Below are positions 1-13,393 of a stretch of DNA of 64,000 nucleotides, one piece after another (position 1 is the stretch's first letter; every line of letters starts with the position of its first letter). A program made the position numbers and the translations under genes. The DNA comes from Camelus dromedarius (lineage: Eukaryota). The stretch is taken from contig NC_087437.1 in the NCBI RefSeq assembly GCF_036321535.1, forward strand, positions 97,280,001 to 97,344,000, in the 5' to 3' direction. Below the pieces are notes generated by a model that did not search any database, was not told the origin of the DNA, and saw nothing but the letters and a program-made list of their open reading frames with translations.

Positions 1-1339
1 GATACATTCTTATACAAAAGTAAAAGGATAGCTGGAAAAGGATGGGAAATAAAAATTCCAATCCTGAAAACAGATTTAAGGTATCTTGAAATGCCACGAA
101 GTAAAAATTCAAATTTGCTCAGGTTTAAGCCGCCTTTGGGCACAGTGAACTCCTAATAGAAGTTATGAATTAGATTTTGCATTCTTATTTTCCTAAAGTG
201 AATGGCACAAAATTACACCTTCCTTAAATATTTCTAGATGTCTCAAGGGCTTTCTCATTTGTGCTTACAACAAAATTCTATTTCCAAAGATTCTCTACTG
301 CCTGCCTGGGCACAGCAGTTTTCTTAAGGTTTCATTCTACTTCTAAAGGCCCTTGAGGTCTCACCACATCAATATTACATGATTCCATGATTTCCTGATC
401 TATGTCTTGCTTTGCCACTTAAACAGCTCTTCAACAATAAGCATGCCAATGTTTTCCAAAGAATTTAGAGGGAGTAGGCAGGGGTCACAATGCCTAGCTT
501 TCTGAAGCATCTTTCCTTCCCTTTGATTTTGAGGTTCTATTCTGCAAGTTCTCACTTGCAAAGCTTTATTTTAGAAGTTCTCCATCCCCCATGCAAATCA
601 GCTTATGCATATAGACATCTGCATGCTGCCAGTCACTCATTTATCAGATAAATACTGAATTCCACTTTGCACTCAGCTGGGAATATCCTGCTACAGATGA
701 AGGCATCCAGCATTTTTATCACTTCAAGCCAAGAAAAATGAAAGAATTATGCTTACAACATGTCATATATGTTGTTTTCATTTTGCTTCTTCTTGGATAG
801 TGAGCACCAATATAGATCCTTTGGTGTGTGAGAGTTTTATTGAATCAGTAGACCAGGCTACAAGTAGTGATTTGCAACCTTAGCTGAACTCCAGCTTGAA
901 CAAGTCTGCAGGTCGGAATTCTAAACTAGAGAAGAGTTTCCGGTAATGGATTACAAATTACATTCTCCGAGAAAGACTTGTATGTGCTTATCTGTGGGAC
1001 ACTTGGATACCATTCAATAAAATTTGCATCACAACTATGGCTGTTTACAAGGCAAACAACCCAATAACATGTTAAAACTATGCAAATCAATTTTAATGAA
1101 ATTTAATCATTCTGCACTGACATAAAGTTGGCCTGGCAAACAACTGTGTCAATACTAGAAATCCTGATTTCTGTTTTCTCTCATAAACAGCAAGTATAGA
1201 TTTTCATTAATCTACCCATACCTTCTATTAAACGTGCTTCCAACACAGACTTGTATATTGCTAGACAAATTTTAAAAATATAGCAATCCAATGATAATAA
1301 TGGAGAAAAGTTCTCTATGGGTCTCTGGCTATTTTATCT

Positions 1340-1790
1340 GTCTTAACCAGTGTGGCACTGACTGCCCATCATTCTAGACTACATTCACGAGGATGTTTAT
1401 AGAGCAAACAGCCGTAGAATACAGAGACAGTATTTCCCTTCAGTGCAAAGGGTATGTTGGGTTTCTGCCTGTTTCTTTCCAAACCTAAGAGCAGGCATGC
1501 TTACATATAGAAGTCTCAGTTTCCCTGAGCTCACAGTTCTTCTGAAATGCCACCCACTTTATGTGCAATCATTCATCAGGGACCATCTGTATTGCTCCTA
1601 TAGGACTTAGGTTCAAGGGGAATTCATGCAAGCATACACATTTTCATGATGCACACTGTGCAGTGAGTAACAGTGTTCTTTGTCTCTGACCCGAGAGTCA
1701 TGAGTCTTCTGCCAGGATCCATTAAACTATAAACAGGCTTACTTGACAGTTTGCAAGATGGGTAAAACCTAAGACACGTCACAGTCCGTG
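1340..1790 (+). mobile_element. MER74/MER73-like ERVL solo LTR, degraded; boundaries approximate
   Basis: Contains 'gtgagtaacagtgttctttgtctctgacccgagagtcatgagtcttctgccaggatccat', matching the remembered MER74-type 3' LTR motif. Confidence 0.65.
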
Positions 1791-1815
1791 GTGGTTTTGG
1801 GGGCTGGGACAATGA

Positions 1816-2243
1816 TGCTAACAGAGACAGCCTGAAAAAAACCTCATAGGCTGAATAGCAAGACTTGAAGGAAACCCATGGGGATCAATAGTGAATATGT
1901 GTTTACATTAACTAAACAAGGGGGCCGCTAGACTATGGTGGCTCTGATGCCATCCATGGTGGTCTTTGTAAGCAAACCAAAACCTAAGCCTGTAAAGTTC
2001 TCAAGGTTACAGAATTTAAACACTAAAGACAGTCAATCACAAACACAGACGGTCAGGCTTTATACGATAGCCAATTAAACAATTTCCATTCTTTGCTTTC
2101 ATACTTTCTCCCTGTGTGTCTTTCCCCTGGTTCCTGTTGTCAGAGCACTCCTAACCACTTGCTGTTGGTTCTGCCCAATTTGAACCTATTTTTGCTCAAA
2201 TAAATGGATTTTTTCTTAACATGCCTCAGTTTATCATTTAACA
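1816..2243 (+). mobile_element. ERV1-class solo LTR (MER34/MER39-like); 5' boundary approximate
   Basis: 3' end 'ctcaaataaat...catgcctcagtttatcatttaaca' has AATAAA and a terminal CA typical of MER34-group LTRs. Confidence 0.6.
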
Positions 2244-2589
2244 ATATTAACTGAATTGTATGGCCAAACAGATAATAGTCTTCTACTTTATTGCATGTAA
2301 ACAAAGAGGAATTGGGAGGTGGTTTCAGGCCTAGGATAGTGGGGTAGATTCCAAGACAGCTGTTGAAATGGTGCACCAAACTCCTGACTTATATTACATG
2401 CCCGTGACTCACTGGAAGTGGATGGGGAGTTATTTATTCACCTGGATGACTGGAAAGAGAGGAGAACAGCATAGATTAGAAGTGCCCACCGTAATGAAAC
2501 ATTCATTCCAAAATTACTCTTTCAAAACACATAACACTGCATCATCTGGTGTGAGTGGTCATTTTCTTAGTCGTATTATAAATATGACA

Positions 2590-3185
2590 GAGTCTAGCTA
2601 GTTATTTGTCAGACCATTTTCCTTTTCCTCTTGAGCATCTAGCTGAACCATGTCTCCTAGTTTCCCTTTTATTTGGGTCTGGCCAAGCAACTTGAGTTTT
2701 GAACAATGGAATGTTGGTGAAAAGGACAGACACAATGTGCGTGCCCATGGAAACTGCTGGTGATTTTCCCAGGCATTTTCTCTCTGCTTATGTCACCTGG
2801 CCTGATGCAAATAATCCAGTGGAGGACTCTGAAGCACTAAGGAAGGGATCAGCACATTTTTTTATGGAAGGGGCCAGGTAGTAAATATTATAGGCTTTGC
2901 AGGACACATAAGGCCTCTAGCACATATTATTCTTTCTTTATTTTTCACAGACCTTTGAAAAAGTGAAAAACAAGCTTAGTTCTGGGGCTGTACAAAAAAA
3001 AAAAAAAAAAAAGTGTGGGCTGGATTTGACCCAAGATAGGGAACAACAGAAGCACAAAAGGGAGGGAAACCAAATCACTGCAGGGAGCAGAGAACTTTAG
3101 AACTAAGATATGATGTAAGCAGGTGATTCCTTGAGATTTTGAATTTTTTTTCCTTTCTTATAAAAGTTAGTCTGCCTACTACTGT
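2590..3185 (+). mobile_element. MLT1I/J-type MaLR LTR interrupted by a MER58-like element
   Basis: MLT1 motifs 'gagttttgaacaatggaatgt' and 'gagattttg' lie either side of the MER58-like insert. Confidence 0.5.
2843..3035. mobile_element. MER58-like hAT MITE
   Basis: 'agggatcagcacattttt..aagggccaggtagtaaatatt..ggctttgcagg' and 'gggctggatttgaccc'. Confidence 0.7.
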
Positions 3186-4256
3186 TATGATAACATTTCT
3201 GACAAGTTAAATCTGATGATAAATTTCCTCAGCTTATGAATAATTTCTTTAATTGAAGGAGAATATAAATTAAGTTCATACTAATTCTGATCTTTTGAAA
3301 ATACAGCAATACCAGATAAAGAACAGGTGACAACCTTTAAGGGGATAGAAAACATCTAAAAAGATTCACAACACAACCAAGAGAAATTGATTTCTTTGCC
3401 TTTATTTTACTGACAGTTCCCAAAGGGAAGATTTGTCTTCAAGTGTTATTATTAAGGGGTTTCCACATGCTAATTACTAACATACTGTAATATATGTGGC
3501 ATGATATATTAACTCTGGTAGTTACTTCTTTAGTCTTTAGAACATGGGCAATGAATGCATTTTTTGGAACTAAAAAGAATAACATTTTATTTGAAATGTT
3601 AACATCTTTTTTATCCATCTACTAAGGTAAGAATCACTCTCAATGAATGACTAGTTGCCTGACTCTCCTAACCATTAAACCAATGTCCTTCCTAAAATGG
3701 GAAGCTATATAATATTTTTAAATCATAATATGCTTTGTGACCTAGGATGTAATTTCTCCAAAAGTTAAATGCTTATAAAATGTCAAGATACTCCATTAGC
3801 TCTAAATCACATGTACTGTGAAGCAGTATAAATCCATTCAGGGCTTCAATACTTCAGACTTCACATTACATATATTTTTATACTCATATTATTCTGGTTA
3901 GAAATAAATCAGTTAGAGTGATAGGCTGACATCCAGGATAGGCTAAAATATTATGCCCAAGACAAACAAGCTTTCTCGAATGTGGTCAAGGAGGTGAAAT
4001 GTTTGGGTATTGGTCTATCCCACAAGGTTATGGTAACTCGGAAGATAAATGAAATTATCTTGACTGAAAGCAGAGGGAAAGGAAAAGGACAGCTTGCCAG
4101 CATGAATCTTCTCATTAGAATGATATGCAATTGCTTTGAATTCAGCTTTGTATTTTTCATCACATTCATACCGCAACTTAGAAAGTCAACAATCTGTGTT
4201 ATTGTGCAATTACTTAGCTTTTGACTACACAATTGCACTTTGATACACAACTTTAG

Positions 4257-4465
4257 GTTTTTTTTTAATTTTTTTACAGATTAAAAATTTTTTTTTGAAA
4301 AGTGATTTATCTATTTAGGTTTTTTGTGGGGAGGGGAGATAATCAGGCTTGCTTATTTATTTGTTTGTTTTTGTTTGTTTGTTTTAATGGAGGTACTGGG
4401 GATTGAAGCAAGGACTTTCTGCATGCTAAGCATGCACTCTACCACTTGAGCTAAACTCTTCCCCC
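4257..4465 (-). mobile_element. Camelid tRNA-derived SINE (vic-1 type)
   Basis: Minus strand reads ggggaagagtttagctcaagtggtagagtgcatgcttagcatgca...ttcaatccccagtacctccattaaaa, with Pol III A/B-box-like motifs and an A-rich tail. 'aactttag' is duplicated on both flanks as a probable TSD. Confidence 0.9.
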
Positions 4466-6829
4466 AATAACTTTAGTTTTTTCTTTCTTTTCTTTTTTTG
4501 AAGTTGGTTGACTTCTGTTAAAATTTGCATCTAGTCATTTATACAACAGAGTTTCAAGAAGAACTTTGGTGGTATTAAACAACCAATGATTATAATAAAG
4601 ATGAATGATATCTATGTGTCAAATTTTGACAAGTTTTTACTAGACCATGTATAGAAGCAAAGACATTTATTGAAGAATTCCACATACATGCATTAACATA
4701 AGCACATTACAAGACTGATTTATTATGGATTAACAACCTTAGAGATTTGAGCATGTAAGGTCATTGTGACTGTTAACAAATGTATACACTCAAAAAAGAT
4801 GATGATATGAGCCCAAATCAAGCTCATATTAAAAGTGGTGCTGCATATAACATGTCTTAGACACTCTTAAAGTTTAAAAGTGGTTTGGAATTTCAAATAA
4901 AACAACAATAACACAGACTGCAACTTGCAAGGAGAATAACCAATGATGAGTAAACTTTACACATGTACTAAAAGGATGAAGAAATTAACACAGAAGTTAG
5001 GTGTTAGAACTTCCTCAAGTTCAGAGTTCTTCAAAGTGAAAGATGAATTCCCACATAATCAATCTATTGTCTGACAGTACAATCTCACATGTCCAGGACA
5101 GGTAACATATCTGGGAACAGTATATGGCTTCAAACATATCTTATTGCTAAGGTTCACTAGTGTCTATACCATAAACTCTAAATGTATTTTGTGGGTAAAA
5201 TGGAAACTCTTCAACAAACATTTAAAACATATTTAAATCTAATCTATTGCCTACATAACTACTTTGCAAAAGTAACCACAATCTGAGACATCAGTATTTA
5301 CTCTCAACTTTTATTAATAAACATGCTGTTTGGAAATATGACATTCATGTCATGAAAATCCTAAAAGGCCAGTTGATATGCAACATTTAAATGAGCTCAA
5401 AGAAAATTGAAAATGTCATAAATAAAAGAGTTTAAAATTTTAAAGTATTCTTAACTAAGAAATATTTAGTAATAATAACAGACTAAAATGCAAAATTAGA
5501 TTTATAAACATTCATTTGCATAATTAACTTTTGTAAAACTGCAACAGATTTCCAGATTTAAGTCACAAAAGCATGCTTATTTAAGACAATTAAAAAATAG
5601 CAAGAGCTCTATTATGATTAGCTTGTCTCAAAATTTTTCTAAATACAATTCTCAATTTTCTCTTCATCCTTTCAGATTTTAGTAGAATGGCTCTACTTTG
5701 GTGAAATTAACTTTTTAAAATATGTATAAATCAGAAATAAAAATCAATTTGGAGCTGGCAAATTGCTTGAGGACTAACCAAAATAAATGTGGGTATTACA
5801 TGAGCAGGAAATAAAGGGTAAGAACTTGAAGATAAGTTGAAACTCCAAACTTCCTATTGCAGAGGGATGGAAAGGAGTGAAGGTGATGATGTCTGCTAAG
5901 TGGACAGTTGTATGTAAGAAAAGGAAAAGACATGAATTCATACTCTGTTCCATCGAGTGGGTGAAGTTTAATACAAGGCTGAGGAGGGACCTTAAGTCAC
6001 CACAGCGATGTGCTGAAGCTCTCAGAAACATCTACAATTCGCTATTAGGCTTCCTTCTTCCCTTGTCATATTCTCCTCTTGCGGTACTATGGAATGAATT
6101 GTAACCATCATCATAGCGTGGGGAGGAAAATGCAGGTAAGACATACTTAAAGAATACTGTGCTCATCTTTTGCTGATATTACAGTACTATTCCTAGTTCT
6201 ACTGAAGTGTTAATAAAAAATCAAAAAATAAATCTCCTATGGCTAAGTGTTCCCTCAACCTTATTATTTAATTTAGAACTTCATGGTTTTTAATAATACT
6301 TTTGACAACAGACTAACATAGGGGTGAATATAGCAAATTAGATCCCAAATTATTTCTCTCTATATACCTAATCAAAAATTGAATTAAAATGATCTGAAAT
6401 AGCATTGCTTTTTAGGAAATAAGGAATGGATTTTGTTCCCCATCTCCACCCTTCCCATTCTTTATTGCTAGGTCTCTTTCTTATTTTTTCTCTTTCTCTG
6501 ATTCCATTTTTTTCCTCCAGACACTAATCATTATGGCCATGACGTACTATGTATACAGAGTGCACCAGGGCTTTTCCTATTGCAAAGCAAATTTCACAAA
6601 ACAGATACAGTGTGATGCCCAAGTATGTCAGAACCAAGTAAGAGAAAAGAAGAAAACTGTTTTGGTATCAAAGGTAGATTTTCTGTAAGCAAAAGAAGAG
6701 GAATTCTTTTTATCTAATACATCTCCTTATCTTCAGTGGGAGTCCCTTTCTATAGACCTAGCAATTGAGTTCAAAATGATTCCAAAAATCTTTATGTTGT
6801 AACACCATGGACAAGTTCTGAAATGTTTT

Positions 6830-7576
6830 CTGGTATATGCAGAATTGTTTTCTCTATTTCACTTGGGATTTTGCCCATGTTACTGAGAATTTGTGGTGGG
6901 CCAAGAGCGGTTTGATGCAGGAAAATGACAGGTATTGACTATGCCTCCAGAGGTTAATATCCTGAAAAAAAAAAAGGCTTAAAAATGAAAGCTCCAAAAA
7001 GACATGGAGGGACCTTAAATTTGTATTACTGTGTTGAAAGAAGCCAATCTGAAAAGGTTGTATACTGTGTGATTCCAATTTGGGACATTCTGGAAAAGGC
7101 AAAACTATAGGTATGTAAAAAAGTCAGTCAGTGGTTGCCAGAGGTTTAGGGTTGGGGAAGGATGAGCAGATAAAGCACAGATTTTTAGGGCAGTGAAAAT
7201 ATTCTGTATGATTCTGTAATTATGGATGTATGTCATTATACATTTTCCAACCCATAGAATATGTTATACCAAGGGTGAACTGTAAGGAAACCTGTGAACT
7301 TCAGGTGATTACGATGAGTCAGTGTAGGTTCATCAGCTGTAACAAACATGCCACTCTGATGGTGACACTGATTATGGGGGAGTCTATGCATGCGTGGGGG
7401 CAGAGGATACATAGAAAATCCCCGTAGTTCCCTCTCAATTTGACTGTGAAACTAAAACTGTTCTAAAACAATGAAGTCTTAAAAAAATAAAAATCTATTT
7501 TTATATCACAAAAATTAGACAAGGTCCTACTGGTATATGCAGAATTGTTTTCTCTATTTCACTTGGGATTTTGCCC
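6830..7576 (+). repeat. Perfect 47-bp direct repeat (6830-6876 and 7530-7576)
   Basis: ctggtatatgcagaattgttttctctatttcacttgggattttgccc occurs twice, exactly 700 bp apart. Confidence 0.95.
6995..7492 (+). mobile_element. Old L1 3' end (L1MC-like)
   Basis: 'gaaagaagccaatctgaaaagg..tactgtgtgattccaa..gacattctggaaaaggcaaaactat', 'gtggttgccag', 'tgtaggttcatcagctgtaacaaa', and an A-rich end. Confidence 0.85.
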
Positions 7577-7912
7577 CCTGTAAAATATTTATTACTCAAC
7601 TTTTAAATAGTATGCCTACAAACATTCTTGATAGACATAACTGCATCTTTTTTTTTCTTTTCTTTACCAAGTCCCAGAAAACAGAGGCTGTGTACTATTA
7701 TTTAAAACAATCCATTAATTTCTTTTCAGAATCTATTTAAGAAATTATAACCCCAAACATTAATTTTAAGAATTTACATTAATTTTAACTAGTTGGCAAT
7801 TGAATATATACTTAAACTATTAGATGAGAGAAGAAAAATCCTGTTAAATATCTAGTTTCCTGTTAAATGCTCTGATCCAAAGAAATCTTTTTGACAACAT
7901 TAATATACTTAC

Positions 7913-7961
7913 ATCATGAATTTAAAAATGAATTAGCTGCTAATCTCAAAGCAATTCTGAC
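7913..7961 (-). other. Candidate 49-nt internal exon, probably non-coding
   Basis: Minus strand ttaattattttag|gtcaga...catgat|gtaagt gives a canonical acceptor and a GTAAGT donor. There is no transcript evidence. Confidence 0.25.
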
Positions 7962-8214
7962 CTAAAATAATTAAAACAATGGTCAGACCAGAGTTCTCTC
8001 TTAAATATTGTCTTTCATTCCACTTTTCACAATTCAAGAATTAATTAAATAGATAACTAAACATTTTAAAGTATATTGTTTAAACAAAATAGCAGATACA
8101 TTTTGAATTGGACCATCATAGTGTTCTTCAAAAGCAAATTTAATAATGTCTGAAATTCAGTGGTTTCCACAAGACATCTCTGGACAAGTGGCATTGTCAG
8201 GATGAGAAACTTGA

Positions 8215-8650
8215 CCATAGATAGCAGAAACTATTTGTCTACCACTCTCCATTTTGTCATTATTCCATTGTGACAGCATTTTAGCTCAGAACTTGATACC
8301 CCTGCCTCCCCAAAAGACTACATTTCCCACTTCTCTTACTAGAGTGTTTATATGAATAAGTCTTACAGGAAATGAGTGAAAGTGTGCAGAATTTCTGCAT
8401 GAAACCATTACCTTCGTATGGTAATTTTGAACTATCATGGACAATTTTGGACCAGGCCCACGAGGGCTACATTCTGGGTCACTGTTTACCAGTAACACAG
8501 AAGGAGCCTGAACCTGTGGCAGCTTTCAGAATAAAGCCAATTATTCATTCAAACTTTTTAATGAAAGAGATAAATATCTATTTTATTTCCAACTGCTGCT
8601 TTCAGTGTCTCTGTTGTACACAACCAAGTAATTTCCTACCTACCTAACAA
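8215..8650 (+). mobile_element. Old MLT1-type MaLR LTR remnant
   Basis: Degenerate MLT1J-like start and 3' end ('ataaatatctattttattt..gtctctgttgtacacaacc'). Confidence 0.4.
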
Positions 8651-9454
8651 TATGAATCTATCCTATTCAATCTAGGTATTCAATCTACTCAAGAGGAAAA
8701 TACTAAGTAGAGGGTCCTCATACAATGGAGTATTATGGGGCCATTATAAATTGTATCTTTGAAGATGAGAATACCTTGTTAAATTTAAATAAAAACACAG
8801 GATTTAAATTTACAATGTGATTTCAAATGTTAAAATGCACTGAAAAAAAGTATGGAGGGAAGGTATCCAAAATATCAACTATGTATTTTTACATGTGAAT
8901 GTTTTAGACTAAACATTCCAAATAAATCCCAATAAATAATGAGCGGGAATCATTTGCATAATTAGAAAAATTAATCTTTTAAAATTATATTATACCTTTT
9001 CCCTCAGGTAGCTGTCATCTTTATTGTATCATTAATTTTCCTAATATTGCCACAGGATTATCAGGTCTACCTCTCTGTCCTTAGTGCCACCAAGGAGAAA
9101 TTCTATATGCTGTATTCACACATTCAGTTTAGTTGAACAATTCTATACTTACGAGAAATACCTACACTAAGATATCTACTGATCATGTCCCCTTATTCTT
9201 CAATTCTTCTTCATTGGTTAGAGGTTGATATATTCTTCCTGTAATGTTGATGTAACTGTTGCTCCTACTTCCCTTCATGTCTCTCAAAGTAGCCAGGCTG
9301 CTTATGGACCATTAACATAGGCTCTTACACTTTCCTCTCAGTGTCCTAATACTTAGTATGTTCCTCAGCTTGAGTTGCCTTTCTCCTACTTGCATGCTTG
9401 ATTCAAATGCTTCTGCCCCTGTGAAACCTAAGCAAATTTCTCTAAACTGACTTC

Positions 9455-9770
9455 CATTCATTCATTTGTTTGATAAGTATCCATTGACCACCTTCTATAA
9501 TCCACACATTTTAAAGGGATAGTATTCCATGACAAATAAAAGAGACCAGACCCTTTCTTTCTCATAGTTAAACACAAATGAGAAAACCAACACAATTTTG
9601 AATAAGCAAGATAACTGAATTAAATAGCATTTTTTAAACAACAACAACAAAAAAAGGGGATAGGGTGATGGGAGTAGATTTCTTTAAACTGGGTTGTTAG
9701 TAGACAGAGATTCCTCTTTAGAAAGGTAATATTTAGGCTGAAACCTGAATAACAAAAGAAGCCATTCTGG
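9455..9770 (-). mobile_element. L2 3' fragment
   Basis: Begins 'ttcattcatttgtttgataagtatccattgacc'; later 'atatttaggctgaaacctgaataacaaaagaagcca'. Confidence 0.55.
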
Positions 9771-10286
9771 TTCTATGCATTCTCTTATAAACAATGCATT
9801 ATAGCAACTGTTGAACTGGACTTTAAGATTCTCAAGATCAGTGACCAAGTCTTTATATTATTATATTCACAATACTTAGAGCAATATTTGCTTCAGATGT
9901 GGTAATCAATGATGTTTAGTGAATTCATCATACAAAACTATGCAATTTTTCTTAATTTACAGAAAGCTAGACATGCAGAGAACTCAAAGAATTTTTTTTT
10001 CCTGTTCATCTACTCAGCACAAAAATCATGACTTACACAGTAACACATCTTCAGAAAAGAGAGTTAAAAACCATTGCATAGCTAATATGTGCTACGGCCT
10101 GCTGCTGGCATTTTTTTATACAGTATTTCAATGATCACAACCACCTTCTCAGGCAGGTAGCATGGTTTCTGCTTTACAAACTTTGAAACACTGGTTCCAG
10201 AGAGAGTATATAAACTATCCAAGGTCACGGGGTTGTTATGTGATTTTAAACAAGACTTCTTACTCCAGACACCAACTCCAATACAC

Positions 10287-10471
10287 TACTGGTTTTAAAA
10301 GTGTGACCCAAGGACCAACAGCATCCGCATCACCTGCAACTTATTATGAAAGCAAACTCGTGGCTCTCACCTCAGACCTACTGAGTCAGAAACTCTGGGA
10401 ACAGGACCCAGCAGTCTGTTTTACCAAGCCCTCCAAATGATTTGAATGCACACTGAAGTTGGAAAATCACT
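10287..10471. mobile_element. MER5A hAT MITE
   Basis: 'cagcatccgcatcacctg...cagacctactgagtcagaaactctggg...ttttaccaagccctccaaatgatt...aagttggaaaatcact'. Confidence 0.85.
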
Positions 10472-13331
10472 TCACTCTACAACAGCAAAAACAAAACTGC
10501 AGAATTTCCTACTCTACTCAGAACTGTCTTCTATTATATAACCTATTTTGATATCCAGTGTAAAGTTTTACTATGTTTATTATGGAAAAATCATCTGGAA
10601 TGCACTAAATATATTTTCAAGGAAAAAAACCTATTTTTATGTGGGTGTAAAGAAGTGGAAAGTCCTAAATTATACTCTTTGGCTAGAAGGTAAAGATTTT
10701 CTCCTGTCTCTATTCAAAGATTGAATTAATATGAAACAGTTTCAGAAATGTGTAAACAGCTTTTTCCTCATCAAGATTATATTGTCTATGTGAAAAAGAC
10801 AATGAGAAAGATATTTCTTAAGTTCTGTGCAAGAGATAAATCCCAGAAGGCTAAGCAGAAATGTGATTAAATGGAATTTAGCAGTTTGAAAATATAAGAG
10901 GGCAAATACCTTCGTTTTGAAATTTTTGATAATGTTTCCCTGGAAATTTTATATTATTAATCAAATAAAATTTTAGAGTAATTTATACTGATTTTTAAAA
11001 TGCTGTTTTGTTCAGAATAAATGAACAGATGTGGAATGGTCTTAAATTTTGGATCATAAAACACCCTTGTTTATACTTATAATTTGTAGAAAATATAAAG
11101 CAAATCAGTGTAACACAGGATTATCACTGGCTCTTTCCCTGCCTGAGACCATGAGTCCCTCTTCATATGACCTTAGGGAAGGGACCAAAGAGACATTCGT
11201 CTCAAAATTTCTTCATGCATGAAACACAAAGATGACTTTCAGTTTTGCCTTTCACATTAGAAATTAAGGAATCAAAATATAAAACCTATGATTCCTATTT
11301 TCATTTTTATGTTCATTAAGATAATCTCAAGAGTTTTCTTAGTTCAAGTAACATATAAATGTCAGAAAATATACTATCCATTTAAATCATCTAGATATTA
11401 TTTATATAGAACAAAATATCGAGTGTTAGTTTTTCCCTAGATGTGGGTTTGCAGCAGGGGCTTTGACATGGAATGGCTGATGCAGAGATGCTTGGATATC
11501 AATAAACACTGAACATGGGCTGAGAACATCAAATCATGGGGTTAAAACCAAGCAACAAAGAACTTTGAGCCATAAAAGAAACAAGAGCCAGATGGAGTGA
11601 AAGACCTTAAGGAAGAAAATAGGTTGAGATTAAGGTTAGATTTAGTAGCAATGAAAGGAGGTTATATATAAAAAATAGAAGCCTGTAGTTGAAAGACCGT
11701 TCCAGAGTCAAAGCTGCTGGAGTGGCTACATGTAAAAAATGAGTTATTCCTAAAAGCTGGAAGCAAGTTCCCTCATGAGATTTTCACAAATGGTATTTTT
11801 TTTTAATTTGCCCTGTATTTTATTTATTTTCCTAAGAACACATACTATAAAATATATAACTTCTATATTTAGAAGCAGGAAAAAAAAAAGCTACAAAACC
11901 ACATTTTATCTTTATTCTTCAAGATAATTGGCTTAGTATTTACTTTATGACTGAATTCTTAGTACAATACCACCCGCGGGCTCAAACACATTCAAAAATC
12001 TGTATCTTAGTTATTCCATTTAAAGTGGTAGAAAAGGTTCAAAAATGATAAATCCTACTGAAGACAACTATAAGCAATATTTGATTCATATATACTGAAA
12101 CTTGTTATAAGTAACGGATGATTTAGATAGAGCACATTTAACACTGTCTAGCAATGAACATTTATTATGGGAATATCGCAGCAGATGAGGCTGTGGTAGA
12201 TAGTAAACCATCAATCAGATGTGACCCCACAACAAATTGTTCCCCAACAACTGCTTTAATATGTCACGAAGCTTCCAAATAGACAACACTGAACGATTTG
12301 TTAAGCCCAAACTACTTCTTCACTGACAAAGCTAAAGACATTTGGTATTTTCATTTATAGGTAGTATCAAAATGAATCGATGGGATCTAGTCAACCAAAA
12401 TAGAATTTCTATGAGGATGGGCCACTGAAAGTCAGACCTTGATTTCTTCATACAAATTACTCTTAATGATGATCTTTTATTTTATTTCTCACAAATGTTG
12501 TAAACATGGAGAATATATTTAGATTCTGAAACTCTAAAAAAGTCAACATTATTATTATTATACTATTATTATATTATTAATTACAGAAACACGTTTTTTA
12601 CTTAAGCAAAATGGAAAAGGTCCTTTTCACTTATATTTGTTATGAAACTAAGTATTAAGACATTCCTAAATGACACTGCGAGAACGGCAACAATAAAGAG
12701 AGCAGAGTTAGAGTGCTCATATACTCATACGGGCATGGTAATTATACTTCAAGAAATACTTATTTGTGGTGCAAAAAAAATCCTTGTGGAAGTCATAGTC
12801 AGGCTTAGCCTCCTGATATTAAAGAATCCCCTTCATTTCCTCTGTCACATCAATTATTCCTTCTGTCACACTGATTAGTTATGAACTTTGTTTATCCCTG
12901 CAATTAACTGGGCTTACTCCCCCTCTCCTGTGAATATGCATCGTACTGTTCTACCTTGTGTTCTTCCTTAGTCTGTAAGGTGTTTAAACGCATAGGGAAT
13001 CTACTTCACTTAGTTTCCCCTCCAAAGGACCCCACTCAGGTACATATAAGAAGTGTACATTTCTTATGTGCATTCTATTACTTTATCATCATGTTTCAAA
13101 CATGGGCTTTGAAAAACCTACATAGATGTAAGAAAATATTGATACTGATACTTATTTGAAAGTACTGTGTTTTCACATTCCAATATTAGGATAAGTGTTT
13201 TGGAGGTATAGTATGTATTTTACATGATAAATTGGATACCTGAAATCCAGATTCTTTTGCTAGTTGGATCTCTGAAAATGCTCCAGTGTAGTCACAATGA
13301 GTTACATGATGTCTTAAAGAAATGCATTGTT

Positions 13332-13393
13332 ACACAACACTGTAAAATGACTATAACTCAATTAAAAAAAAGTTAAAAAAAAAAAAAAAAAAG
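13332..13393 (+). mobile_element. Extremely 5'-truncated young L1 (about 30 nt of 3'UTR plus poly-A) with 16-bp TSD
   Basis: 'acacaacactgtaaaatgactataactca' matches the 3' ends of the L1s at 37.7 and 48.7 kb. TSD aaagaaatgcattgtt sits at 13316-13331 and 13394-13409, preceded by tt. Confidence 0.9.

Noticed and set aside
4390..4465. tRNA-like sequence
   Set aside because: It is the head of a SINE with a tail and TSD and a degenerate B box, not a tRNA gene.
6125..6145. Plus-strand ATGCAG|GTAAGA donor
   Set aside because: Isolated, with no supporting promoter or partner exon, and opposite to the strand of the other splice signals.
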